From: Ignavibacteriales bacterium
Lineage (GTDB): Bacteria > Bacteroidota > Ignavibacteria > UBA10030
Direction: 5' to 3'
Length of the DNA stretch: 64,000 bases
NCBI GenBank assembly: GCA_037446575.1
Contig: JBBIII010000004.1
Span: 9,583-73,582, forward strand
Shown here: positions 47,881-59,503 of the stretch, one piece after another
Layout: every line of letters begins with the position of its first letter
Position numbering within the stretch: position 1 is the first letter of the stretch
Position numbers and translations under genes: made by a program
Notes under the pieces: generated by a model
Told to the model about the DNA's origin: nothing
Database searches by the model: none
The model's input: only the letters and a program-made list of their open reading frames with translations

Positions 47881-48939
47881 TTGAACATGACGCTCGAAGA
47901 CATAAAAAAAGTTGATCCAAAAGGAATGTATAATTGGATAGCGAACTTTCCAAATCAAATTGAAGAAGCTGTAAGAATTGGGAAGCAAGCCAATTTCAGA
48001 CTAAATACAAAAGGAATTAAAAATATTCTATTGACTGGTTTGGGTGGTTCTGCAATTGGAGGCGATTTATTGCGTTCATATCTTTCTACAGAGTTGGAGA
48101 TTCCATTTATAGTGAATCGATACTACACGCTTCCGAAATTTGTATCTTCTCGAACATTAGTTATAGTATCCAGTTATTCAGGAAATACAGAGGAGACAAT
48201 ATCTGCTTATAAAGAAGCAATAAAAAAGAGAGCACAGATTTTGTGCATAAGCACTGGAGGCGAAGTTGCAAAAATTGCGCAGAAGCGAAGACATCCGTGG
48301 ATACAAATTCCGCCCGGCTTGTCACCGCGCGCCGCGTTGGGATTTTCTTTTTTCCCCCTGCTCATTGCTCTAACCCGACTTGGTTTAATAAAATCGAAAG
48401 AGAAGGATATAAAAGAAACGGTTCAACTTTTAAGAACTAAAATATCAATTTATAGCGACCCAGCGGACAGTACTAATGCGCCGCTTAACTTAGCAAAGGA
48501 GCTTAAAGATAAATTGCCGGTAATTTATTCGCCCGCTGAATTTTTTGATACCGTAAATATCCGTTGGCGAGGTCAAATTGCTGAAAATTCCAAACAACTG
48601 GCTTGGGGTCATGTATTGCCAGAAATGAACCATAATGAATTGGTTGGATGGAAAGTATTAAAAGATTTGATGAAACAGATGCATGTGGTTTTTCTTAAAG
48701 ATTCTGGAACTCACAAACGCGTAAAGACACGCGAAGAAATAACAAAGCAAATAATTCTTCAATATGCCGGAGCTGTAACAGAAATACATAGTGAAGGCAA
48801 GTCCCTTTTAGCCCGTTTATTTTCTCTCATACATTTAGGCGATTGGGTAACTCTTTATCTTTCCATTCTTAATAATGAAGACCCAGAACCAGTTGCGGTA
48901 ATTGACCATCTGAAAAATGAATTATCTAAAGTGAAATAG
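47881..48939 (+). CDS. Bifunctional phosphoglucose/phosphomannose isomerase (SIS-domain, archaeal-type PGI/PMI)
   Basis: An SIS motif 'LLTGLGGSAIGGDLL' and a second SIS half. Confidence 0.7.
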   Translation: MNMTLEDIKKVDPKGMYNWIANFPNQIEEAVRIGKQANFRLNTKGIKNILLTGLGGSAIGGDLLRSYLSTELEIPFIVNRYYTLPKFVSSRTLVIVSSYSGNTEETISAYKEAIKKRAQILCISTGGEVAKIAQKRRHPWIQIPPGLSPRAALGFSFFPLLIALTRLGLIKSKEKDIKETVQLLRTKISIYSDPADSTNAPLNLAKELKDKLPVIYSPAEFFDTVNIRWRGQIAENSKQLAWGHVLPEMNHNELVGWKVLKDLMKQMHVVFLKDSGTHKRVKTREEITKQIILQYAGAVTEIHSEGKSLLARLFSLIHLGDWVTLYLSILNNEDPEPVAVIDHLKNELSKVK

Positions 48940-49130
48940 ATAAATATTTGGAAAAATCGCAATATGTTATCATTTACAATTAGTGTATGGAATGCTTAAA
49001 ATTTTTTTAGAGATGATACTTTTTGAAAGTAACCTATAAATATCTTGCATTTCAGCACACGAGAGAATATATTACAAACACTTAAGTGTCCGATGAAAAA
49101 TAAGTCAAACAAATTATTCAGAAAACAGTT

Positions 49131-49817
49131 ATGCTTACAGAAGAAATAAATTTTCTCAGGAACGTGCCAATTTTTGCCGATCTTGATGATAAAGATTTGC
49201 AAAAAATTATAAAATTGGGCACTCGCCAAAAATATAAAAAGGGAAACATCGTTGTATTAGAACAAGAAAGCGGAGCGGCGCTTTTTGTAATTATTTCTGG
49301 CAAAGTTAAAGTTGTGAGAATGGACGAAGATGGGCGCGAGGTAATTCTCTCTATGTTTGGTCCAGGTGAATTTTTCGGAGAGATGGCGCTTTTAGATGGA
49401 CTTGCGAGATCGGCAAGCGTTGTAGCAACTGTAAAATCGGAATTGTTTATGATTCATCGGCGAGACTTTTTGGAGCTTCTACATGATTTTCCAACAGTGG
49501 CAATTTCATTGCTCGCCGAGCTGGCAATGCGTTTGCGTAAAGCTGATATGCAAATAAAAAGTTTATCTCTAAAAGACGCCGCAGGGCGTGTAGCTAATGT
49601 TTTACTTATACTTGCAGATGATGTAGGGATATTTCGTAAGGGAAAAGTTGAGATTGACGATGTTCCCCTTCAACAGGATATTGCCAACATGGCAGGCACT
49701 TCGCGTGAAACGGTTTCACGTATGCTTCATCAATTTATTGAAGCAGGGGAAGTACAAGTGAAGGGAAGTCGAATCATATTGAACGATTATGAAACATTCC
49801 GAAAAAAATATTTATAA
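49131..49817 (+). CDS. Crp/Fnr family transcriptional regulator
   Basis: A cNMP-binding domain (…GEFFGEMALLDG…RSASV…) and a C-terminal HTH (…QQDIANMAGTSRETVSRML…). Confidence 0.85.
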   Translation: MLTEEINFLRNVPIFADLDDKDLQKIIKLGTRQKYKKGNIVVLEQESGAALFVIISGKVKVVRMDEDGREVILSMFGPGEFFGEMALLDGLARSASVVATVKSELFMIHRRDFLELLHDFPTVAISLLAELAMRLRKADMQIKSLSLKDAAGRVANVLLILADDVGIFRKGKVEIDDVPLQQDIANMAGTSRETVSRMLHQFIEAGEVQVKGSRIILNDYETFRKKYL

Positions 49818-49889
49818 AAGTGCCCCATTGCAATTAAAAAAAATGCGCGGGACACATGAGTGTATGAATTCAGACGTTAATAGGAAAAT

Positions 49890-50759
49890 ATGGTTGAGAA
49901 CGGGCATGGGCTAATAGAAAAAACAAATAGTCTCGATAATGTTCGTGTGGATCTTCATCTGCATACTACATATTCAGATGGAGTGCTTTCAGTTAGCGAA
50001 CTTATGAGGCGAGTAAAATCCGCAGGACTTTCTGTAATTTCAGTAACAGATCATGACAATGTAGGCGCAATTGATGAGGCGGTCGAGACTGGCAACAGTT
50101 TAGGCATAGAAGTAATTACAGGCGTTGAGTTAAGCATTGCCATGAATGATAAAGACATTCATTTGCTTGCATACTTTATCGATCACAAGAATCAGAAATT
50201 GGTAGATTATTTAACATTTTTTAGGTATGAACGCCTTAAGCGTGCAGAGCGAATTGTACAAAAGCTGAATGAAATTAATATTCCTCTCAAATTGGACGCC
50301 GTACTTGATCAAGCTGGTATAGGTTCAGTAGGACGTCCGCATATTGCAAGCGCGCTACTGGAAGAGGGACTTACCGAGACATATCAAGAAGCTTTTATGA
50401 AATATATCGGTTTTGGCGCCCCTGCTTATGAGAAGAAGTATCAACTCTCGCCTTTAGAAATGACGAAGCTAATCGCGCAGGCGGGCGGACTTTCGTTTTT
50501 GGCGCATCCCGGAAAATACACAACTGATTTTGAATTATCTACGCTTATTCATTCCGGTTTAGATGGAATTGAAGTCGTACATCCTTCACATAACGAAAAC
50601 AGGCAAGATTTTTATAGAAGTGTTGCTCAACAATATTTTTTACTTGAATGCGGCGGTTCAGATTTCCACGGCGGTAAAAAGGAAGACGATGAAACGCTTG
50701 GCACTTATACTGTATCGCTAGATGTTGTAGAAGATATGCGCAATAGACTTTTTATATGA
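49890..50759 (+). CDS. PHP-domain phosphoesterase (TrpH/YciV-like)
   Basis: 'VDLHLHTTYSDG' and later His/Asp metal ligands (…LAHP…, …GIEVVHPSH…, …GGSDFHG…). Confidence 0.75.
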   Translation: MVENGHGLIEKTNSLDNVRVDLHLHTTYSDGVLSVSELMRRVKSAGLSVISVTDHDNVGAIDEAVETGNSLGIEVITGVELSIAMNDKDIHLLAYFIDHKNQKLVDYLTFFRYERLKRAERIVQKLNEINIPLKLDAVLDQAGIGSVGRPHIASALLEEGLTETYQEAFMKYIGFGAPAYEKKYQLSPLEMTKLIAQAGGLSFLAHPGKYTTDFELSTLIHSGLDGIEVVHPSHNENRQDFYRSVAQQYFLLECGGSDFHGGKKEDDETLGTYTVSLDVVEDMRNRLFI

Positions 50760-50765
50760 GGTAAC

Positions 50766-51257
50766 TTGAATAGAAAAAATATAGATAAAAAAAAACTTAC
50801 TGTTTTAGCAGAAAAATTTAGAATTGCAATTGTTGTAAGCAATTTTAACGATTTTATAACCTTGAAGCTTTTAGAAAGCGCGGAACAATGTCTAAAGGAA
50901 CATAAAGTCCCTCAAAAAAATCGATGTGTTTTTTATTGTCCCGGCGCGTTCGAATTACCGCAAGTTGCCAATATGTTAGCGGCGAAAAAAAAGTGGGATG
51001 CCATTATATGTCTTGGCGCAGTTATTCGCGGAGAGACCCCTCATTTCGATTACGTATGTTCTGAGACTGCTAGAGGAATTCAAGACGTAGCTCTAAAACA
51101 TTCTATTCCGATAGTTTTTGGCGTTCTAACTACTGATAATGAAAAGCAGGCGCTCGCAAGAGTTGGCGGTTCTCAAGGAGATAAAGGTTGGGATGCGGCG
51201 CTAACAGCATTAGAAATGGTCTCACTTCAAAAGAAAATCAAATTGAATAGATTTTAA
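50766..51257 (+). CDS. ribH: 6,7-dimethyl-8-ribityllumazine synthase
   Basis: 'RIAIVVSNFNDFIT', 'CPGAFELP', 'GAVIRGETPHFDYV'. Confidence 0.9.
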   Translation: MNRKNIDKKKLTVLAEKFRIAIVVSNFNDFITLKLLESAEQCLKEHKVPQKNRCVFYCPGAFELPQVANMLAAKKKWDAIICLGAVIRGETPHFDYVCSETARGIQDVALKHSIPIVFGVLTTDNEKQALARVGGSQGDKGWDAALTALEMVSLQKKIKLNRF

Positions 51258-51267
51258 CAGCACTAAA

Positions 51268-53520
51268 ATGATGCGCTATTTAATAACATTAGGAATTTTA
51301 ATTTTTGCGTTGTGTAAAGTTGAAAGCCAGCCACAGCGGATCGGCGAATGGAGAACATTTACAAATATGAGCGTTGTTCGTAATGCGGTGATGGTTGGAA
51401 CAAACGTTTGGGCGGCAACTTCCGGTGGAGTTTTTGTTTATGATACAATTGAAAATTCGTTCACTAAATTTACAAATATTGAGGGATTAAGCACAAACGA
51501 TATACGAGTAATCGCTTATGATGGCTCAGACCGGATTTGGGCAGGCGCAGACGGCGGCTTGATCAATGTATATAACTTGAAAAATAGACAATGGTCAAGA
51601 ATAAATGACATCGCTAATAAGAAAGAAATAACGCGACGAGCTATTTTATCATTTAATTTTAAAGGAGACTCTGTCTTTATTGTAAGCGAATTCGGAGTTT
51701 CTGTCTTTCGGATTTCAACATGGAATTTTGGAGATACATATAATAGCCAAAATTTTGGTTTTACAACTACGCCTTTAGTAAGTTCAATGGCATATTGGAA
51801 AGATTCGATCTGGGTTGGGACGTCCTTTGGCATTGCAACAGCATCGCTATCCAATCCATATTCTTGGAAAATTTATAATTCATTGGGGCTTGCTTCTAAT
51901 GCTGTAAATGTGCTTTCGATTTTTAGAGACACATTATTAATTGGCACAGGGAGGGGATTATCATACTATTCAAATGGAATATTTACTGCTGTAGCAGGTT
52001 CATTTAATGGATATTCGGTTGTTGACATTAAATCGCATAACGGTAGCTTGTCGGTTCTTTCAGCATATGCAACATCAACATTGGAAAAACGTCATTCAGT
52101 TCTCGGCGCATCGCAATTAATAATTAGTAACAATGTACAATGTAATAATATTATACCTGTATCATCAATCTGGCTGGCGTCGATAAAAGGATTGGCAATA
52201 TGGACTTCATCTAACGATTGGAGCTATATTTATCCGTACGGGGCAAGTTCAAATATGTTCACTGATCTTGCTGTAGATGAGAATGGAGTATTATGGGTGG
52301 CACCAGGTTCGAATGTACAAGTAGGATTTTCCAGATATGACGTATCTCTCCACCCCAAAGATCAGTGGAAAAATTTCTTGAGTTCGGGATATCCATTCGG
52401 TTGTTACAGAGTATCGATAGGAAAAGAAGGAACTGTATGGATTAGCACATGGGGAGATGGTGTAATAGAAGTAAAATCTGATACAATAAAGCGCAAGTTA
52501 AATTTTTATTCTAAACCAAGTTTACCGGGGGCAAGAGTTAGTATTCCAGCGTATGTTGTAAGCGGCGATGTTGTTGAAGATGGCAACGGAAAAACTTGGA
52601 TGTGCCACAGAGTTGAAGATAACAATAAAAGTCTGTTAAAATTAGATGACGATACAACAGCTATTTTCTATAACAATCAATTTGATAATAGGGGTTGGTT
52701 TCATACAATGATTATTGATCAAAATGGAACTAAATGGCTTGCGGGAGATTTGCCGTGGGAATCAACCGGCAATGGCATATATCTATATAATGAAAAACAA
52801 ATGCTAAGCGGCATCCAATCGTATAATAAGTGGAGCTTTTTATCAGATGGGCTAAAAAGTAGAAGTGTTATTTCTTTAGCAGTTGATATAGATGGGGCAG
52901 TTTGGATTGGAACAAGCGCCGGTGTCAACATAGTCTTAAATCCTCAATATCCGCGACAATTTTCAATCTGTTACGCATTACAAGCGTATCAAGTAATGAT
53001 TCAGACAATAATGGTTGATCCGTTAAATAATAAATGGATTGGCACAAAGGAAGGTGTATTTGTCTTGAATCCAGATGGAACTCAGATCTTGCAGTACTAT
53101 ACAGTTGCTTCGACAGGGGGCAAATTATTAAGCGATGACGTTCTTTCAATTGCAATGGATAAAAAAAACGGTATAGTCTATTTTGGAACACAACAAGGAT
53201 TATCAAGTTTAGCAATTGAACCTATTCAAGCAAGTAAATCTTATACTAGCTTAAAAATAGGTCCAAATCCTTTTTTTGTTCCTTATAACAATGACGATCA
53301 ATTACAGATAGAAAATTTAGCCGCCAACAGCACAATAAAAATTATGACTATTGATGGAATTATAGTTCGTCAATTTGAGGCGCAAGGCGCAGGTAGAGCG
53401 CGTTGGGATGGACGTAATAAAAATGGCGCATTTGTATCTTCGGGCGTTTATTTTATTGTGGCTTACGCAGAAAATGGTAAACAAAATATTATCGGAAAAG
53501 TGGCTGTTATTCGCCGCTAA
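51268..53520 (+). CDS. Secreted beta-propeller (two-component-regulator-propeller-like) protein with a T9SS C-terminal sorting domain
   Basis: A signal peptide, repeated '…W.GT..G……' propeller blades, and a C-terminal 'LKIGPNPF…IEN…I.DG…V' Por-secretion CTD. Confidence 0.7.
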   Translation: MMRYLITLGILIFALCKVESQPQRIGEWRTFTNMSVVRNAVMVGTNVWAATSGGVFVYDTIENSFTKFTNIEGLSTNDIRVIAYDGSDRIWAGADGGLINVYNLKNRQWSRINDIANKKEITRRAILSFNFKGDSVFIVSEFGVSVFRISTWNFGDTYNSQNFGFTTTPLVSSMAYWKDSIWVGTSFGIATASLSNPYSWKIYNSLGLASNAVNVLSIFRDTLLIGTGRGLSYYSNGIFTAVAGSFNGYSVVDIKSHNGSLSVLSAYATSTLEKRHSVLGASQLIISNNVQCNNIIPVSSIWLASIKGLAIWTSSNDWSYIYPYGASSNMFTDLAVDENGVLWVAPGSNVQVGFSRYDVSLHPKDQWKNFLSSGYPFGCYRVSIGKEGTVWISTWGDGVIEVKSDTIKRKLNFYSKPSLPGARVSIPAYVVSGDVVEDGNGKTWMCHRVEDNNKSLLKLDDDTTAIFYNNQFDNRGWFHTMIIDQNGTKWLAGDLPWESTGNGIYLYNEKQMLSGIQSYNKWSFLSDGLKSRSVISLAVDIDGAVWIGTSAGVNIVLNPQYPRQFSICYALQAYQVMIQTIMVDPLNNKWIGTKEGVFVLNPDGTQILQYYTVASTGGKLLSDDVLSIAMDKKNGIVYFGTQQGLSSLAIEPIQASKSYTSLKIGPNPFFVPYNNDDQLQIENLAANSTIKIMTIDGIIVRQFEAQGAGRARWDGRNKNGAFVSSGVYFIVAYAENGKQNIIGKVAVIRR

Positions 53521-53559
53521 TTAAATAGCCGTACGATATCTCATTATACTTAGTATTCA

Positions 53560-54210
53560 ATGTACAATTCAATTTTAGTTACTATAATAAACTATCAAAC
53601 GCCAGACCTTTTAAAAATTTCATTCGAATCATTCCGCAATTATTATCCCAATGTTCAGGTGTTGTTAATAGACAACGGTTCTCGGGATAATTCTCCTGAG
53701 GTTATAAATAAATTAATAGAAAAATTTCCAAGCTCAACGCAAAATATATTTTTAGAAAAAAATTTTTATCACGGTCCTGCTATGCACAAAGCAATTTGCA
53801 TAACTGATAAGGAATATATTTTTTTTCTCGATTCGGATACTGAAACTAAGAAAGGCGGATTCTTAGAACAAATGTACGAGCAAATGCAAAATTCAAAAAA
53901 TACTTATGCTATTGGGAGGCAAATCATTGTAAACAAGCGCGGGTTCTTATCTAACAAAGGTACTCCTATTCTTACCCCAGCTTATTTAATGCTACGTGTA
54001 AATATGTATAAGCTATTACCTAAATTTGAGCATCATGGTCAACCGGCGCTAAAAAATTTTATTGCGGCGCACAAAAAAGGTTATTTGCTAAAATCATTCC
54101 CCATCGAAGAATTCATTGAACATAATTGGAGAGGAACTGCATCGCGTTTTGGATATGGATTGGGGCTAAAGGGAAAAATCGATTTTGTGCTGAATAAACT
54201 CGGCATCTGA
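53560..54210 (+). CDS. Family 2 glycosyltransferase (small)
   Basis: 'VTIINYQTPDLL…LLIDNGSRDNS' and a DxD 'LDSDTE'. Confidence 0.6.
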   Translation: MYNSILVTIINYQTPDLLKISFESFRNYYPNVQVLLIDNGSRDNSPEVINKLIEKFPSSTQNIFLEKNFYHGPAMHKAICITDKEYIFFLDSDTETKKGGFLEQMYEQMQNSKNTYAIGRQIIVNKRGFLSNKGTPILTPAYLMLRVNMYKLLPKFEHHGQPALKNFIAAHKKGYLLKSFPIEEFIEHNWRGTASRFGYGLGLKGKIDFVLNKLGI

Positions 54211-54407
54211 TTCAATTTAACTCCTTTACAGCTTCGTTTTCCAATTTCCAGCCGTTTTAGAATTTATCCTTGATTCTAAGGAATGATTTCGATATATTTT
54301 TACACGTTTTTTTAAAGTGTAATTCGTTAGATAAAGACCCTAAAGAGTAAATATGGTCAATATAGGCGGGAAGTTTTAACTTGCCGTAATAATCTAACGA
54401 TTTTTTT

Positions 54408-54956
54408 ATGTGTCTCTGCTTAGCTGGAGAATTGCAAGGTAGATCGGTGTCGGAATTTCGGATAAATATCTCAAATCTTTCAGAGGGGATACACGAATAT
54501 TCCTTTGAAACCGAGCCGTTTAAAATTGGTTTGGATGAATGCTTTAATACAGCCGTCAAAGTGGCGGCAACGCTTGATAAAAGCTTACGTCAGATATTGC
54601 TTCAGGCAAAAGTTACTACGAGCGGAGTATTTGAGTGCGATCGGTGCCTTGAACAGTTTTCCAAACAATTGAATGTTGCATATACGGTTGTTTATATTCA
54701 GGATAACCGAACAGCAATTGATGTAAAAAAAGAAGAAGAGGTACAAGTTTTATCCGCAGATACGAATTATATAGATTTGGATGAAGATGTAAGGCAGTAC
54801 ATTTTACTTGCTCTTCCTCAAAAGCTTCTTTGTGTAGAGGATTGCTTGGGGTTGTGTCCAAATTGCGGAATTAACAAGAATAGCTCAAATTGCACTTGCC
54901 AGAATCAAACATTTGATTCAAGGTGGGATGCATTGAAAAAGCTATCAAGTAGTTAG
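54408..54956 (+). CDS. yceD: YceD/DUF177 family protein (large-subunit accumulation / fab cluster-associated)
   Basis: A C-terminal Cys cluster '[17 protein letters not shown]' and its conserved position upstream of rpmF–plsX. Confidence 0.75.
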   Translation: MCLCLAGELQGRSVSEFRINISNLSEGIHEYSFETEPFKIGLDECFNTAVKVAATLDKSLRQILLQAKVTTSGVFECDRCLEQFSKQLNVAYTVVYIQDNRTAIDVKKEEEVQVLSADTNYIDLDEDVRQYILLALPQKLLCVEDCLGLCPNCGINKNSSNCTCQNQTFDSRWDALKKLSSS

Positions 54957-54987
54957 AGAAAAAGAAAAATATTCGAGGAAATATAAA

Positions 54988-55170
54988 ATGCCAAATCCGA
55001 AACGCAGACATTCAAAGACTCGTGGTCGAAAACGTAGAACGCATTACAAAGCTTCTGCTCCAGCATTACAAGAATGCCCAAATTGCCATGAGCAAAAGTT
55101 GCAACATCGTGTATGCCCGCATTGCGGGTTTTACAATGGTCGTTCTATAATCACACCGAAAGAAGCCTAA
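54988..55170 (+). CDS. rpmF: 50S ribosomal protein L32
   Basis: '[19 protein letters not shown]' and a C4 zinc ribbon. Confidence 0.9.
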   Translation: MPNPKRRHSKTRGRKRRTHYKASAPALQECPNCHEQKLQHRVCPHCGFYNGRSIITPKEA

Positions 55171-55219
55171 GAGATAGGAACCGTTTCGAAGCAAATTATT
55201 CGTAATCGAAACGAAATAG

Positions 55220-56239
55220 ATGGAATCTACTTATAAATTACGTATTGCAATCGATGCTATGGGTGGAGACTATGCACCAGAGCGTGAAGTAGCCGGCGCC
55301 ATTGAAGCTCTTAGCTCAAGTCAAAGCGCGTTTGAAATAATCTTAGTTGGCGATGAGCATTCAATTCGACATGAGCTGAAAAAGTTTGATTCAGAAAATC
55401 TTCCAATTTCAATTATCCACGCAACACAAACAATTACGATGGAAGACTCGCCAACCGCCGCTCTAAAGCAGAAAAAAGATTCATCGCTTGCTGTTGGAAT
55501 GCGGTTGCATCAAGAGCGTAAGGTGGACGCATTTGTCAGTGCAGGCAATACAGGCGCGGTACTTTCTGCTGCGACTTTAATTTTAGGAAGAATAAAAGGC
55601 ATTAGCCGACCTACAATAGGCACATTTATTCCTGCAGATTTCGGAGTAACGCTTATGTTGGATGCAGGAGCAAATGTTGACTGCCGACCGCAGCAGTTAT
55701 ATGAATTTGCAGTAATGGGAAGCACCTACGTTCAATTGCTTAAGAAAATTGAGAAGCCGAAAGTAGCTTTATTAAATGTTGGAGAAGAAAAATCCAAAGG
55801 AACAGAAGCTGTGCTCGAAGCACATAAATTACTTTCAGAAAGCAATTTGAATTTTATTGGGAATGTTGAAGGTAGAGATATTATTAGATACAAAGCAGAT
55901 GTTGTTGTGTGTGATGGGTTTGTGGGTAATGTGATTTTAAAATTCGGCGAAAGCGTTCCTTTGTTCTTAAAAAGCAGACTTAAACAATTTGCGTCTCGCG
56001 GTTTTTTAAACAAAGTAGCGGTTGGTTTAGCTCGGTTTCCCTTAAAAGCATCGCTTAGCGATTTGGACCCAAATATTGAAGGCGGCGTTCCTATCTTGGG
56101 AGTAAACGGAGCGGTAATTATCGGGCACGGGAGCTCGACTCCTATAGGAATTAAGAATATGATTATTAGGGGAATGGAAGTAGCAAAGAATCAAGTAAAT
56201 CTTAAAATTGAAGAAGCATTGGCATCAAAAAAACAATAA
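55220..56239 (+). CDS. plsX: Phosphate acyltransferase PlsX
   Basis: '[12 protein letters not shown]' N-terminus. Confidence 0.9.
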   Translation: MESTYKLRIAIDAMGGDYAPEREVAGAIEALSSSQSAFEIILVGDEHSIRHELKKFDSENLPISIIHATQTITMEDSPTAALKQKKDSSLAVGMRLHQERKVDAFVSAGNTGAVLSAATLILGRIKGISRPTIGTFIPADFGVTLMLDAGANVDCRPQQLYEFAVMGSTYVQLLKKIEKPKVALLNVGEEKSKGTEAVLEAHKLLSESNLNFIGNVEGRDIIRYKADVVVCDGFVGNVILKFGESVPLFLKSRLKQFASRGFLNKVAVGLARFPLKASLSDLDPNIEGGVPILGVNGAVIIGHGSSTPIGIKNMIIRGMEVAKNQVNLKIEEALASKKQ

Positions 56240-56247
56240 GGATAACG

Positions 56248-57258
56248 ATGGAGTTAAAAAGAGCGACAATAACAGCGGTTAGCCATTATGTTCCGGAAAA
56301 GGTACTTACAAATTTTGATCTTGAGAAGATGGTCGATACAAGCGATGAATGGATTAGGACACGAACAGGGATCAGCGAGCGCCGTATTTTAGAACAAGGC
56401 GCGACCTCAGATTTAGCTTATAGAGCCGTTAAGCAATTATTAAAGAATAGAGGCATAGACAAATCGGAAGTAGAATTAATTATTGTTGCAACAATTACGC
56501 CGGATATGGCTTTTCCATCAACAGCATGTATTGTTCAAGAAAAAATCGGCGCAAAGAATGCGTGGGCATTTGACCTTAATGCCGCATGCTCAGGATTTGT
56601 TTATGCACTGAGCGTCGGGTCTCGGTTTATTGAAACCGGACTTCATTCAAAAGTTGTAGTGGTCGGTGCGGATAAGATGAGCGCTATTACTGATTATACA
56701 GATAGAAATACTTGTGTTCTTTTTGGCGATGCAGCCGCGGCAGTATTGTTAGAACCTACAGATGAAAAAGAATACGGAATTCTCGATCAAAAATTATATA
56801 GCGATGGCTCAGGTAAGGAATTTTTACACATGAAAGCAGGCGGAAGCTTAAATCCACCAACTCACGAAACAATAGATAAGAAGATGCATTATGTATATCA
56901 AGACGGAAAATCTGTTTTTAAAAACGCAGTTGTGGGAATGGCAGATGTTGCCGCCGAAATTATGAAGCGCAATAATCTTAAAGGTGAAGATATAGCTTGG
57001 TTAGTGCCACATCAGGCAAATATGCGAATTATAGACGCTACCGCCGACCGAATGGGAATTGAAAAAAATCGGGTTATGATAAATATTGAAAAATATGGGA
57101 ATACTACTGCGGCTACAATTCCTTTATGTTTATCTGAATGGTGGCAAGCAGGTAAATTAAAGCGTGGTCAAAATGTTGTGCTGGCGGCTTTCGGCGCAGG
57201 GTACACTTGGGGTGCAATTTTACTAAAATGGTCTCTTCAAACTCTGGAGAAAAAATGA
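56248..57258 (+). CDS. fabH: 3-oxoacyl-ACP synthase III
   Basis: Active-site 'AACSGF', plus …HQAN… and …GNTTAA…. Confidence 0.9.
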   Translation: MELKRATITAVSHYVPEKVLTNFDLEKMVDTSDEWIRTRTGISERRILEQGATSDLAYRAVKQLLKNRGIDKSEVELIIVATITPDMAFPSTACIVQEKIGAKNAWAFDLNAACSGFVYALSVGSRFIETGLHSKVVVVGADKMSAITDYTDRNTCVLFGDAAAAVLLEPTDEKEYGILDQKLYSDGSGKEFLHMKAGGSLNPPTHETIDKKMHYVYQDGKSVFKNAVVGMADVAAEIMKRNNLKGEDIAWLVPHQANMRIIDATADRMGIEKNRVMINIEKYGNTTAATIPLCLSEWWQAGKLKRGQNVVLAAFGAGYTWGAILLKWSLQTLEKK

Positions 57259-58172
57259 CAAAGACAGCATTTGTTTTTCCCGGGCAGGGTTCACAATTTG
57301 TAGGTATGGGCAAAGACCTATACGATGGCAATTCTGAAGCGAAAGCTTTATTCGATAAAACAGATTCAATTTTGGGATTCCCGCTAAGCAAAATTTGTTT
57401 TGAAGGTCCGGAAGAGGAGCTAAGACAGACAAAAAATACTCAGCCGGCAATTTTTGTTCATAGTATTATCCTCTTTCATCTTATTAAAAATCCGAAATTT
57501 GATATGGCGGCAGGACATTCGCTTGGCGAATACTCTGCTTTAGTTGCGGCAGGTTCTTTGACATTAGAAGATGGCTTGAAATTAGTCCGTTTGCGCGGCG
57601 AATTGATGCAGAAAGCAGGAGCGGAAAATCCAGGAACTATGGCGGCTATCGTAGGGCTTAATTCAAAAATTGTTACCGAAATTTGTACAGAATCCTCTGT
57701 TGATGGAATTGTAAAAGCGGCTAATTTCAATTCGCCGGGTCAGGTTGTAATTTCGGGTTCGTTAGCCGGCGTAAAAAAAGCAATGGAAATTTCTTTAGCT
57801 CGTGGCGCAAAAATGGCAAAGGAACTTCCTGTTAGCGGAGCTTTCCACTCTCCATTAATGGAATCGGCGCAAGATGGATTAAAAAGTGCAATCGATCACG
57901 TTAATATTAAAGACGCAGTTGTTCCTGTTTATGCAAATGTAACTGCAAGACCAATGAAGAACAGCGAAGAGATTAGAAATTTTTTACTAAGACAACTTAC
58001 TTCACCCGTGCGCTGGGAAGAAAGCATTGCAGAAATGATAACTGACGGTTGTGCAACATTCAAAGAAATAGGACCAGGCAAAGTATTACAAGGTTTGATT
58101 AAAAGAATTAACAATAATGTTGAAACTGTCGGCATCGAAAAATTAACAGATTTAAAAATCGAGGTTCAGTAA
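57255..58172 (+). CDS. fabD: Malonyl-CoA:ACP transacylase
   Basis: 'FVFPGQGSQ' and '[10 protein letters not shown]'. The true start is Met57255 ([14 protein letters not shown]), overlapping the fabH stop as ATGA; the ORF-track N-terminal extension from 57207 is an artefact of the open frame. Confidence 0.9.
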   Translation: MTKTAFVFPGQGSQFVGMGKDLYDGNSEAKALFDKTDSILGFPLSKICFEGPEEELRQTKNTQPAIFVHSIILFHLIKNPKFDMAAGHSLGEYSALVAAGSLTLEDGLKLVRLRGELMQKAGAENPGTMAAIVGLNSKIVTEICTESSVDGIVKAANFNSPGQVVISGSLAGVKKAMEISLARGAKMAKELPVSGAFHSPLMESAQDGLKSAIDHVNIKDAVVPVYANVTARPMKNSEEIRNFLLRQLTSPVRWEESIAEMITDGCATFKEIGPGKVLQGLIKRINNNVETVGIEKLTDLKIEVQ

Positions 58173-58238
58173 TAAATATTTATTTCTTGACCTACGGGTA
58201 ATAAAAAAATATTTTTGTATTATTGAATAAGGAAATAT

Positions 58239-58985
58239 ATGAGAATACTTGAGAATAAGGTTGCGTTGATAACAGGAGGTGCGCGGGGCATCGGGCGTGA
58301 AATTGTGCTCAAGCTTGCATCTGAAGGGGCAAATGTTGCTTTTACAGATATTAGACTTGAAGGTGTTGCTGATGAAGTTATAGAGCTATCACGTTCAAAA
58401 GGCGTTAAAGCTTTCGCATTTCAATCAGATGTGCGAAGCCTATCAGAAGCTCAAACTACCATTGAAGCAGTAGTAAAAGAATTTCAGCGTATCGATATAC
58501 TTATAAATAATGCCGGCATTACGCGTGATAATTTGATAATGCGAATGACGGAGGATGAATGGGATTCGGTTATAGCGATTAACTTGAAAGGAACATTTAA
58601 TTTTTGCAAAGCCGCCTGCAGACAAATGCTCGGTCAACGAGAAGGTAAAATTATCAACATCGCATCAGTTGTTGGCGTTATGGGCAATGCCGGTCAGGTA
58701 AATTACTCAGCATCAAAAGCCGGCGTAATAGGACTCACGAAAACTCTTGCAAAAGAATTTGCTTCTCGCAATATTCAAGTAAATGCAATAGCCCCAGGAT
58801 TTATCGATACAGAAATGACACAGAAACTTAATGAACAACAGCGTGAAGCATTAACGAATGCAATTCCAATGAAACGCATCGCAAAACCTGAAGAAATAGC
58901 GAATGTAGTTGCTTTTCTTGCTTCACCAGCCGCTAATTATATCACTGGACAAGTGATTAATGTTGACGGCGGCTTGGTTATGTAA
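58239..58985 (+). CDS. fabG: 3-oxoacyl-ACP reductase
   Basis: SDR 'TGGARGIG', 'NAG' and 'YSASKAG' motifs. Confidence 0.9.
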   Translation: MRILENKVALITGGARGIGREIVLKLASEGANVAFTDIRLEGVADEVIELSRSKGVKAFAFQSDVRSLSEAQTTIEAVVKEFQRIDILINNAGITRDNLIMRMTEDEWDSVIAINLKGTFNFCKAACRQMLGQREGKIINIASVVGVMGNAGQVNYSASKAGVIGLTKTLAKEFASRNIQVNAIAPGFIDTEMTQKLNEQQREALTNAIPMKRIAKPEEIANVVAFLASPAANYITGQVINVDGGLVM

Positions 58986-59038
58986 AAAAATAATAAACCA
59001 TTAGTAAAATCTATAACAACAATTTAAGGAGTAAACCA

Positions 59039-59275
59039 ATGGCAGATACAGCTGAGAAAGTGAAAGAAATAATAGTTTCAAAATTAGGCGTCGATGCGGC
59101 GCAAGTTACCCCTGAAGCTTCTTTCACGAATGATCTCGGTGCTGATTCACTTGATACAGTTGAATTAGTTATGGAATTCGAGAAAGCGTTCAACATTCAA
59201 ATTCCGGATGAAGACGCGGAAAAAATTGCGAATGTTGGCGACGTTATCAATTATCTAAAAGCAAAAGGTTTGTGA
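59039..59275 (+). CDS. acpP: Acyl carrier protein
   Basis: The '[16 protein letters not shown]' phosphopantetheine site. Confidence 0.95.
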   Translation: MADTAEKVKEIIVSKLGVDAAQVTPEASFTNDLGADSLDTVELVMEFEKAFNIQIPDEDAEKIANVGDVINYLKAKGL

Positions 59276-59503
59276 TAGTTAGCTTGTTTTTATAAATGTG
59301 GCTGTACAAAAAGTTATTTTTACCGCTACAACATTGCAGAAGAATAATTTTAGTCATTGAACTCAATATTAAAATTATAAATAAAAATTCTTCAATGCAT
59401 CTTGATATTACTTATTAGGATGCTTTATGTACAGCCACAAGTTTGCTTAATTTCTTTCTAAGTATTTTTATTTACTTTATAAATGAATTAAGGACAATGA
59501 AAA

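Noticed and set aside
57207-57254. N-terminal extension of the fabD ORF in the ORF track ([16 protein letters not shown]…)
   Set aside because: The conserved FabD N-terminus begins at [14 protein letters not shown] (57255), giving a standard ATGA overlap with fabH. The extension lies inside fabH coding sequence in another frame.
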